Source of the DNA: Piromyces finnis finn | Taxonomy: Eukaryota > Fungi > Neocallimastigomycota | Assembly: GCA_002104945.1 (NCBI GenBank) | Contig: MCFH01000002.1 | Location: 744,001-808,000 of the forward strand | Reading direction: 5' to 3' | Length of the DNA stretch: 64,000 nucleotides | Shown: positions 12,201 through 28,454 of the stretch, piece after piece | How positions within the stretch are numbered: position 1 is the first letter of the stretch | Layout of the letters: every line of letters starts with the position of its first letter | The notes under the pieces: generated by a model | Told to the model about the DNA's origin: nothing | Database searches by the model: none | Seen by the model: the letters and a program-made list of their open reading frames with translations, nothing else | Program-made: the position numbers and the translations under genes

Positions 12201-15200
12201 ATGCCAGAACCAAATTATCGTCATTTAAATGTTAATGACGCTCTCACATATTTAGAGCAGGTGAAGGCTCAATTTAAAGATCGTCCTGAAATCTATAATC
12301 GTTTTTTAGATATCATGAAGGATTTCAAAGCTCAGGAGTAAGTAATAAATTCACAAGATAAATAACTAATATACATTAATATATATATATATATTTAAAT
12401 TTAAATATATTTATAATTAATAATAATTATTTATTTCTGTTATAAACCCTTTTTAATAACACTTTTTTTTTTAATATTGAATAAATTATTTAAATATTAT
12501 AATTAATTAAATAATTAAAATAATATTAGTATTGATACACCAGGAGTTATCGATCGCGTATCAAATTTATTTAAAAACAATCCAAATTTAATAACAGGAT
12601 TTAATACATTCTTACCTCCTGGCTATAAAATTGAACCTACTAATAATCCCAACAATCCTGTTAGAGTAATTACTCCAAATATGAATCAAATGGAGATGAT
12701 GCAAAAACAAAATCAAATGCCTTCACATATGCAAAATCAAATGAAATATCATTCCCAACCTTCTTCCCATCAAAACATGTCTATTCATTCTCAAATACAA
12801 TCAATGCCTTCAATGCCTATGAGTAGTGGAGGTCCAGGTTCCCAACATATGATGTCAAAACCAATGTCAAATATGCAAAATAACAATAACAATAATAATA
12901 TTGGACATATGAATGATAATGGTCAAGGAATACCTCATAATAATCAACAATATCATCCTAATGGATATCAAAATCAAATGATGCAAGGTCAAAATAATAA
13001 TATGAAAAATAACTCATTGAATAATGGAAATATTCATAACAATCAAGATAATTCATATCAAACTATGATGCAATCTCCAATGATGAACCATGATTCAAAT
13101 CAAATCCAGCAACATAATCAGCCTATAAATAACATGCCAATGTCTCAACCATCACAGATGCCTCAAATGATGAATAATAATCAAAATCAATCACATCTCC
13201 AAATGCCATCAAATGGTCCAATTCCAATTCAACCTGCTCTTCCTGGTCAAAATAAAAGAAATCAAAATCAACCTATGCCAATAAATCAATCAAATATGAT
13301 GCCTCAGAATAACAACAATAATAACAACAACATAAATGGGCCAGTAATGAATAACAATAATATGAATAATAACAATTATAATAACAACAATAATAACAAT
13401 ATGAATAGCAACAACAACAACTATAATAATAACAACATGAATTTGAATAATATGAACAATATGGGTAATATGGGCAATATGAATAATATGGGAAATAATA
13501 TTAACAATATGAATAGTAATATGAATAATAATAATAATATGAACAATAACATGAGTAATAACATGAACAATAACATGAACAATAACATGAGTAATAGCAT
13601 GAATAACATGAATAATAATATGAATAATAGCAACAATAATAGCAATATGAATAATAATGTAAATAATAATATGAATAACATGAATAACATGAATAACATG
13701 AATAACATGAATAATATGAATAATATGAATAATATGAATAATATGAATAACATGAATAATATGAATAATATGAATAACGTTAATAACATAAATAATATGA
13801 ATAATATGAATAATATGAATAATATGAATAATATGAATAATATGAATAACATGAATAATATGAATAATATGAATAACATGAATAACATGAATAGTATGAA
13901 TAACATGAGTAATATGAATAATATGAATAATAATATGAATAATAATATGAATAACAATATGAACAACAATAATAATTCAAATTATAACAACAATAATAAT
14001 CAACCATCTAATCAAATAAATGTAAATAATAGACAAAACCAAAACCAACAAAATATGCCCCCAAAAGCACAAGATCAACAAATGAATCCACGTCATAAAG
14101 CCCCAGTTGAATTTAACCATGCAATTAATTATGTTAATAAAATTAAAATTCGTTTCAAAAACGAACCAGAAATTTATAAACAGTTTTTAGAAATATTACA
14201 AACTTATCAAAAGGAACAAAGACCAATTGGCGAGGTTTATTCTCAAGTTAAGATTTTATTTAAGAACGCCGAGGATTTGTTAGATGAATTTAAGCAATTT
14301 TTGCCTGATAATGGAAATAATACAATTATGGATACTAAACCGGCTATTAATAACCAAAATGATAACCAAATTAACAAGAAAATACCCGCACAATCCCAAA
14401 ACGCCAATAATATTCTTACAAAGAAATCAACAAAGAGGCAAAATTCAGTTGTTAATACTAATGGAAACGTTATTCCTTCACCACCATCTAAAAAAATGAG
14501 AATTTCTTTTGTTGAAGAAAATTCTGGAACCATTGAAGAATTAGAGTTTTTTGAAAAAGCTAGAAAAGTTATTGGCAATAAAGCAACTTATTATGAGTTT
14601 TTAAAAATTTTGAATTTATTTAGTCAAGATATTATTGATGCAAAAACATTGGTTGAAAGTGTAGAACCATTCTTAAATAGATCCCCAGAATTATTCCATT
14701 GGTTTAAATCATTTGTTAAATATGAAGAAGATGTTGAATGTAAGTAAATCAATATAATTATTATATAGTCATTTTTCATATTAATTAAATTATCAAAATA
14801 TATTTTAATTATTGTTGAATTTATTTATAAAATATATTAATATTACTTTGTCTCTTAATAATAAAATTATATTAGCTGAAATTGTTGCACCAAAATATAA
14901 TGATGTTGATTATACTCTTTGTTTAAGAGCTGGTCATAGTTATAGATTATTGCCATTAAGTCTTACTCATCCAAAGTGTTCAGGGAGAGATAAGCTTTGT
15001 TATGAAGTTTTAAATGATGAATATGTTTCTCATCCAATTTTTCTGAGTGAAGATGGAGGTTTTCAAGCACAGAAGAAAAATCCATTTGAGGATGCAATGC
15101 ATAGATGTGAAGATGAAAGATATGATTTTGATTATTATATTACTAATAATTTATTAGCCATTGCCCTTCTTGAATCAATCAACGCAAAAATAAATAAAAT

Positions 15201-17328
15201 GTCTAATGAAGAAAAAGCTAAATTTAAATTACCGCCAGATTTAGGAAGTAAATCTCCAAGTATTTATCAAAAAATGGTTAAAAAAATTTATGATAAAGAA
15301 AGAGGTGAAGAAGTTATATTGGCATTACAAAATAGTCCAGCGATTGCTGTTCCTGTTGTATTAAAAAGATTAAAGCAAAAGAATGAAGAATGGAAAAAAA
15401 CTAAAAAAGAATGGAGTAAAGTATGGAGAGAAATTCATAATAAAAACTTTTATAAATCATTAGATAATCGTTTCTTGTTAATTAAACAAACTGATAAAAA
15501 GAATATAGCAGTAAAATCATTAATCCATGATGTTGAAACATTACATGCTGAACAACTTAAAAAACGTGATAACAGTTCAACCTATCAATATAGTTTAGCT
15601 TTTAAAGATGCTACTATCTTTGGTGATATGAAAAAGATAATAAAATGCTATTTAAGACATTGTCATACTTTTAATGAATCAGATATTAAAAGAATTATTA
15701 AATTCCTTAATGAATTTATACCGAAATTCTTCCATATAAAAAATATTGAAGACGATGATGATTATGAAGAAGAAGAAGATGATGAAGATGAAGACGAAGA
15801 CGAAGAAGAAAAAATCGAAACAACTGACGAAAGTCATTCTACAGAAACTGTAACAGAAAATGATTTGAGTGACTCTAAGAATGAATCTATTAATAACAAA
15901 AGTAGTAATAATTTAAGAAAAAAAATATTAATGAAATCCCACGAAAATAATAAAATGGAATTAGATAATATATCAACTACTAATTCAACTATATCAGTAT
16001 TAGATAGTGGTGATAACGAAAATGAAACTGCTGATTCTGTTATTTCATCATTAGATACCCAAAAGTCAAAAATCAAATTAGATAATGCCGCATTGAAAAT
16101 ACGGACATGTAGACCTCTCTTTTTATTATTTGGTAATAATGTATTTTATTGCTTTTTCCGTTTATATCATAAACTTTATGAAAGACTTTCAAATCTTAAA
16201 ATAGCAGCTGAACGTATGGCTAAAGAGCCAGATCAATTAGATTTATTAAATCCAATTGCTGTTGAACTTGGTTTTATTAAAAAGGAAGTTGTTAAACAAA
16301 ATGCAGAGTTTTGTAGAAAAGGAAAATATACTGAATTAATAAAATTAATAAGACGCTTCTTTGAGGATACTCATGAAAACCAAGAATTTGAAGAAAAAGC
16401 AAGAATATTATTTATGGGAGAAGCCTACCAAATCTTTACAGTCGATAAAATTGTACAAGCAATTGCTAAGCAAATTCAAATTATTACTAATGATAATGTT
16501 TGTCAAGAATTAATAAAACTATATAATAAGGATTGTGAAAAGGATTTACATAGTCCACGCCGTGAAGCAATTTACAAACTTTCTGTTAAAACCTTTTTAC
16601 AAGATGAAAATTTATTTAAATTCGAATACAATAATTTGGAATACATTTTAACCATCCAATTAATTAGTAAAGAAGATTATTTAACAGACACTTCAGTATC
16701 ATCTGAAGAAAAATGGTCTGTTTATGTTGATCGTTATATGCAATTGGGTGCTACAGAGGGAATTCACATTAAACCAAATGAACCATTCCTTAGAAGGTAA
16801 AAATTATTAGTAGTATAAGTTTTAAATGTTTATGAATATATTTTTTATTAAAATATTTTTATATTATAATAATTAAAAAGAAATCTTCCTCAGGTTATAC
16901 CTGATGAACCTCCAACTAATTTAATTATGCATTCAGGATTAGAATTAAAAATTTGTGTTAATACTTATAAATTGTTCTTTGTCAATAATACTGAGGATTA
17001 TTTCAGAAGATGTAATGTTAAGATACCAGAAAAGCAATTAAAATTGATAAATAACAAGCGAAAGGAAAAATTTATTAAATGGTTTTCGAAAGTTAGAAAT
17101 GTAACTGAAGAAGAAGGAAAAAAGTTATTTGATGAAAATAAAGATAAAGATAATAAAATAAGTGAAAACACACCAGCCGAAACAAAAAATATAGAAACTT
17201 TAGAAGAAAATAAAACAACCCATAATAATAACATTAAATCCAATGATGCAACAATATCAAAATCAGATATTATTGCTTCCACAACTTCAATAACTCCAAA
17301 ACCAACAGAGCCAGTAAAAAATAATTAA
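12201..17328 (+). CDS. SIN3: Sin3 transcriptional co-repressor (PAH1, PAH2, PAH3, HDAC-interaction domain, Sin3 C-terminal); exons 12201-12337, 12530-14739, 14876-16796, 16881-17328
   Basis: PAH1 LNVNDALTYLEQVKAQFKDRPEIYNRFLDIMKDFK..IDTPGVIDRVSNLF..GFNTFLPPGYKIE; PAH2 PVEFNHAINYVNKIKIRF; PAH3 EELEFFEKARK..YYEFLKILNLF; HID CSGRDKLCYEVLNDEYVSHP..EDERYDFD; C-terminal GLELKICVNTYKLFFV..TEDYF. Confidence 0.97.
13310..13995 (+). repeat. Coding low-complexity/tandem repeat (AAY/ATG; core (ATGAATAAY)n = (MNN)n) within SIN3 exon 2
   Basis: Directly visible 9-nt periodic array around 13671-13893, embedded in a poly-Asn/Met tract. Confidence 0.92.
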
Positions 17329-18913
17329 TAATTTATTTTTTTAATTTTTATTATCTTATATAAATTAATTAATATTCTATATTTTATTAAACATTAATTA
17401 GTCATTCTTTTTAAAAAACAATGTAATAATAAAATAATTTAAATTTAATAACTATATTAATATAAGAGTTATAACTATTTTTACATTTTTTAGTTTTCTA
17501 CTTTTTTTTATTATGATTTAAATCATTTTCTAATTTTTTATTTATTTATTATTACTTCAAATAATATGAGTATTTATGTTTCATTCTTTTTTTTTTTTTT
17601 TTTTTTTTTTATTCTTATACATATATTGTTGTTGTTGTTGTTGTTGGTATCATAGTTTTTTAATATTAATACAAGTTTAATGATTTTTATTATTATTATT
17701 ATTATAAAATGTAATATATTTTTTTTTTAAAAATTTTAAAAAAGAATTAAATAATTATAATGAAAGAAAAATAAAATATATAAAATTATAAAGGTTTAAA
17801 TTATTAATAAAATTCTAAAGTTCAAAAATATATTATTATAAGTAACTTGATAATATTATATGCTCACATCTCTTTTTTCTTTTAAGTATTATAATTGTTT
17901 TATTTTTATTTTTTGTTTTTTTTTTTTGTTTTTTTTTTTTGTTTTTTAAATATTGTCAGTTAAAATTACATTTGAAGGCCCTTTTATATATACATAAAAT
18001 CAAGTTATTTTTTTTTAAAAGAAACCAATAATTTAAATTAAAATAAATAGATATAAATTTAGAAAATAAAAAAATAAAAAATCTTTTCCTTTATTTTCTC
18101 TTTTTATTTTGTCTTAATATAAATAATTATGAAAATATCTAAAATATATTGCAATGAAATGATATAGTTTTTATTAATTGCTGATGAACATTCTTTTTTC
18201 TTTATCTATATTTATTATTAGATATTCAATTTCATCTACTAATATTATTATTTTTAAGTTTTTTGAAAAATTTTTTTATAAATAAAATAAAGAAAAATAA
18301 CCGATAAATGATCAACAGTATCTTATAAATCTTTTATTTAAAAAAGGATAAGGAAAAATTTAATATAAATACCAATTCTTTTTAATTCAATTTATCTATT
18401 TAGTTATTCTATTAATACTAATAAGACAGTTATACATTAAAATAATTTTAATATTTTAATCAAAGAAAAAAAAAAAAAGTATTATTTAAATCTTAAAATA
18501 AACCAAAGCTTAATTTTAAAAATTTTACTTTATAATAACTTTATATATTATATTTATCAAATCTATATAATCAATGTAGTATATATAATATGAAAAATGT
18601 ATATAATGTATATAATAATGGATTGTTATTATTATTATTTGTAGGTATTTGTATTTAAGATTTCATTTTATTTTTTTTTTTTATTTTTTTTATTTTTTTT
18701 TATTTTATTTTTTAGATTTCTTCATATAATATGGAGATACAAAATACTATTATTTAATTTCATTTTATAATAATTACTTTTATTATAGTTGAATTTTAAT
18801 GAAATAATAATATTATTGTTTTTATATATACATCTTTAATATTCTCTTCCAATTTTTTTTTTATTTATTTTATTTATTTTTATAGTTAATTAAAGAATTA
18901 GAATTTTATCAAA

Positions 18914-21415
18914 ATGAGTATAAAAGTAACTGGGAATAGATTAAATAGACCTCGTATAACGGATAATAATAAACCATCAGAATATTATGAATTGAAACCT
19001 AAACTTAATATCGATCATAGATTAAAATTAAGAATATATGAAGCAAAAAACTTTTTTCATTGTAATAAAGCAGATTCATTTTGTGTTATTACAGCAAATT
19101 ATATTTCAGAAGATGGTAAAATAATTGAAAGGCCTTCGGTAAAAGTTAGTAAACCTCTAATTAGAAAAATGAGTAATGCTTTCAATTCTGGATCTGTAAG
19201 AAAGGGATCATATACATCTACATATATTGAAAAAAGTACATTGGAGATGATAGCTAATCAAAAGGAGAAAAAAGAAAAATTAAAAGGAATTCAATTTGAG
19301 ACAAAAATACAACCATGTAATTCTAATCCATTTTGGGGAGAATATTTTGAAATAATATTAGAAAAAAATTTTTACAGTGTTAAAAGTACTTATTATTTTT
19401 CTTTATTTCAAATTCTTTTTTTTTTTTTTTATTATATAAAGTAATATACAGAATTAATATATATATATATATATTTAAAAAAAAATAACTAATTAGCAAT
19501 TTCCTTTTTTTAAATTACTATATATGTTAAAATGAAATTATATGATATATAGTTGAACTATTTTTAAAAAATGCAATATTAAATTTTCCAGTAGGAGAAA
19601 TTTATTTATATAAACGTGATTTGGAATCAAAACATTTAGGTGAAGTTATATGTGCTTGGAAACCATTAAATTCAAAAAATGTTACCATGAAAAAAGAAAT
19701 CAACGATAATGGATATTCACATATTTTTGAAGCAATTAATGAAGATGATAGAATATATGACTGTATTGTATGTGAGAATATTATTATGGATGAAGGATTA
19801 AAATGTACTCATTGTCATATTACAACACATATTAAATGTAGCCAGAGTCTTTGTAATTGTGAAGCATGTGGTTCACTTCGAATTGAATATAGATATATTG
19901 ACTTTCCTATTCTAGTAAATATATTATTTTTAAAAATAAAAAATAAAATCTTCAAAAAAGATTTTCTATCTTATTAAATATGTAAATTTTAATACTTTTA
20001 TAAATATATATATATTATTGGCGTATAACTTTTCGAAACATATATAAACCAAAAACATCAAATGATTAAATAGCCATTAAAAAATTATCATACTCTGCAA
20101 GACTTAATAGTTGATGAAAAAATGAATATTGTTAATTTGATATCAAAGTCATGTGATACAAAGGATGAGGCAGCAAGAGAAATAGTTTCCATATTAAATG
20201 AAGGAAATCTTGTAATACCATTCTTATCATATCAATGTAAAATGGAGATATCAAATACAAAAGTAAGTTATTTATTGATTATATATAAATTTATATTATT
20301 GAACCTTCAATTATTATTATTATTATTGTTAATTTAATATTTTTATTATATAAATATTATATCATTAGACTCATGAAACTCTATTTCGAGGAAGTTCATT
20401 TTGTACAAAGGGTGTAGATTATTATATGAAAATTATTTGCAAAGATTATCTCGAAGAGACTATAGGGGCAATTATTAAAAGAATAGTAAAACAGCATAAA
20501 GATTGTGAGATAGATCCTTCAAAACTTTTAAATGAAAGTGGTGAATATATATTAAATGCAGAAGAAGTACCAGAAGAAAATATTGAAAATTTAAAAGGTA
20601 TATATGTTAAATAAATATATATACCTTTTTTTTTTTTTTTTTTTTAGATATAGAAATATATTTTAAAATAATAATAAAGTTAATTTTTAATTGATTAATT
20701 GATATATAATATTCTGTTTTCTCTATTTTATTGTTAAATAGAATATTCAAGAATAATTCTTGATTCAATATTTGAAAATTCTACAAAGTTTCCGGAAGAA
20801 TTAGAAGAATTATTTAGTAACATACAGGAATATGCAATAGAACAGTTTCCAGATGTTAAAGATATTCGTTATAGTGCAATTAGCGCATTTATATTTTTAA
20901 GATTATTTTCACCTGCAATTTTAAATCCACAATTATTTGGCTTAATAGATGAAATTTTAAAAACGAGAGAAGTTAGAACATTAACATTAATTTCTAAATT
21001 CGTTCAACAAACTGCTAATTTAGTTGAGAGTAAAAATTCTAAAGAAGAGTACATGAATGTATTAAATGATTTAATAAAAGAATATATACCACAAATTAAA
21101 AAATATATTGATTCAATAACACGGATTCAGCATAGGTCAAATATAAAACCGAAAAAGATATTTTTTGGTATATTTAAAAAGAAAGAGAATGAAATTGGAA
21201 AATTTGAAGATAAACAAAAAGTTCAGGATGAATTAGCAAAGCGATTTTCTTCGTTACATAGAATTATTAATAGAAATTTAATAAATATTAGAGATGAAGT
21301 TAATAAAAATAATATTCGGGAAGAAAAGAAAGCATTTAATGAATTGAAAATAATCATAGAAAAATTAAATGATAAAGCCAATATACCTAATAACTCTATA
21401 AATAAAATTGTTTAA
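18914..21415 (+). CDS. Ras GTPase-activating protein with C2 domain, C1 (DAG/phorbol-type) zinc finger and RasGAP domain; multi-exon
   Basis: C2 motifs LKLRIYEAKN, NSNPFWGEYF, GSLRIEYRY. C1 motif HIFEAINEDDRIYDCIVCENIIMDEGLKCTHCHITTHIKCSQSLCNC. RasGAP motifs TLFRGSSFCTK (arginine finger), SAFIFLRLFSPAILNPQLFGL, RTLTLISKFVQQTANL. Confidence 0.9.
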
Positions 21416-21696
21416 TTTAATATTTATTTTAAAAATATACCAGTTAACTATATATTACATAAAATAATTTTTTTTAAATTTATTTTAATAGTATCTCTTA
21501 ACATTAAAGAATATGTATTTATATAATATTAATATTAAATTCAAAATTAATAGTTTTCTTTCTTTTTTTTTTTTTTAATAATTTCTTTATATTTTTACTT
21601 AATATATTCAATAATTAATAATTTAATATATTGTCACAATAATATATTATGAATTAGAGAATGTGATTCAATATTTTTTTTATTAAATAAATTTTT

Positions 21697-21698
<2 letters not shown>

Positions 21699-21744
<46 letters not shown>
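21699..21744. repeat. Poly-T homopolymer (~46 nt), intergenic
   Basis: Directly visible. Confidence 0.9.
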
Positions 21745-21748
<4 letters not shown>

Positions 21749-21959
21749 TTAAAAATATAATATCAATTAAAAAAGCAATAATAGCATAAATATAATTATA
21801 TATATATTCTATCGAAAATAATTAAAAATGTAAACATTTATAATATAAATTAAAAAGTTAAATTTATATATAATAAAAAAAAAAAATTCTAATTATTAAT
21901 ATATATTTTTTATAATCAAATTATCAAATTTAGTAATCAATTTTTATATTGAAAAAAAG

Positions 21960-22669
21960 ATGGCTCAAAGATTTAAACCATTTATCTCAAGAAACATAGG
22001 AAAAATAACTTTAGCAGCATTTTTAACTGGTACAGTTATATCACAACAACAATGCCAAAGAAGGATAAGAGAGATTAAAAAAAAGAGGAAGAATATTGGA
22101 GAGGTGAAGTTGAAGAGCTTATTCATGATGCGGAACATAGAGGTAGAATGGATGAATTAAGACGCATGACTGAATATATGGTTACACCAAATTCAAATAC
22201 GAAAGACGGTTCCATGAAAGGTTCAAGAGCTGATAATAAACCAAAGTTAATCACAAATATACAAATTCCTAAAAAGGAAGAAAAAACTTCAATATTATTT
22301 AAAAAATCAATAGATAATACTGAAAACAAAGTAGAACAACCAGTTGATGAAAGTTTGGATAAAATGGAAAAAGCTATGGATAATTTAGAAAATAAAATGA
22401 AGATTTCAGCATTTAATTTGACAAATAAATCAAATAAAACAATGGATGAAAAATCAGAAATTACTATTGCTGAACAAACACTTTCAAAAGATGCCATTTC
22501 AAATGATATAGTAATAACAAATAAAGAAATACCACAAACAAAGCAACAAAGCAAAGGCTGGTTTGGATGGTTTAAATCAAATAATAAATCTGTTGAACCA
22601 GAAAAACAAATAAAAATTGAAATTTCAACTGAAAACCCAATTGAAACAATTAAAACTGAAGAAAAATAA
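21960..22669 (+). CDS. Hypothetical protein split over two overlapping frames at an A8 run (22077-22084); N-terminal basic presequence-like segment plus short hydrophobic stretch
   Basis: Frame 1 gives MAQRFKPFISRNIGKITLAAFLTGTVISQQQCQRRIREIKKK. The -1 frame opens right after a TAA inside the A run and reads EEEYWRGEVEELIHDAEHRGRMDELRRMTEY... to 22669. Confidence 0.55.
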
Positions 22670-23429
22670 AATTAATCATTTATAAAGAGTAAATTATATT
22701 TATAATTCTATAATAATCATGAGAAAAATAAAAGTGTATATAACTTAGTATTATTGTGGATATTTATATTTCTATCTTTTAAATTGAATTTACTTAATAT
22801 ATTTTTTTCACAAATAAAATCAAAATAAATCAAATCTAAAAATATAAAATAAACATAAATCATCAATCAATAAATAAATAATTAATTAAAAAATAAATAA
22901 ATTAAAAAATAAACAAATAAAAAAATAAAGTAAAATAATATAAATAACAGAGTATATATCATTTCCCTTTCTTGAAATGTATATATTTTAATATATAAAT
23001 TAGATTTAAAAAAAAAAAAAAAATTAAAATTAAGTAATCTTTTCAATGATATAGTTACTTTAAAAATTTTCAAAAACATCAAATAAAAAAATTATATTCA
23101 AAAGAATAGGATTTTACTAATATAACCATAATTCAATTAACTCTTTAATACTTTTATTTGATTAAGGAAACTTTTTACTTAAAAAAAAAAAAAAAAACTC
23201 AACATAATAGAAGTATTATATTAATATATAGTGTAAATACTTAGTGAAAAACTAAGAATAATATTAAGATGGTATTATAAGTATTTAATTAATATAAAAA
23301 CTTTTTTAAAATCATTAATATTTTATATATACACTTTAGAATAGAAAAATTTTTAATTTTTATTTAAATAATTAATATAGATAGTTAATATTTATTTTAT
23401 TATAGAAAATAACAAATGAATATGAAGTT

Positions 23430-27579
<4,150 letters not shown>

Positions 27580-28180
27580 TTTATTTAAATTATTAAATTA
27601 ATGTTATCCTTTCTATATTTGAATAATTAAATTATTAATTATATAAATAATTTTTATTTAAGTATTTTATTTAAGTATTATAGTTATTTATTATTTATAA
27701 CAATTATATTTATGCAATTTATACATATACATAATTATAGAGAATGTATGAAAAATAATTTTAAAATATACATTTATTGCAATAAATAATTGAAATAATA
27801 ATAATAAAAAAAAACATATATTTTTATACAATTTAAATTAAAAATATTTACATTCAATTAAATAAATTATTAAAATATGAGGTTATTAAATAAAATTAAA
27901 AGAAGGAAATATAATTAAATTAAATTTCTGAAATGAAAGAAAAAAAAAAAAGTCGAATTAGATTTTTGTTACTAAATTTAAAAAAAAAATTAAAATAAAA
28001 ACAAAATGAAATTTATGTTAATATAAATATAATATTAATTACATTTAGATATTTTTATTAATATTTTATTCTTTTCTTATTCAATAACTTAAGATTTTTA
28101 GAGACTTATAAAATATGATGAAATTAACATTTTTAGTTTTTAATATTATAGAAAAATTGTTTTTAGAATATTTTATTATT

Positions 28181-28304
<124 letters not shown>

Positions 28305-28454
28305 TTATAATAAACATTAACCTAATATAAAAATAATAATTTATGTATTGATTGGTAATGTATTTACTTATTTATTAGTATCTAATTTATACGAAATTTT
28401 AATCATTTTTAAATAAATTAATTTTTTTTTCAATAATAAAATAATAAAGATATA

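Noticed and set aside
13421-14007. Antisense ORFs (MLFILL..., YYSYYS...)
   Set aside because: Shadows of the stop-free MNN repeat in SIN3.
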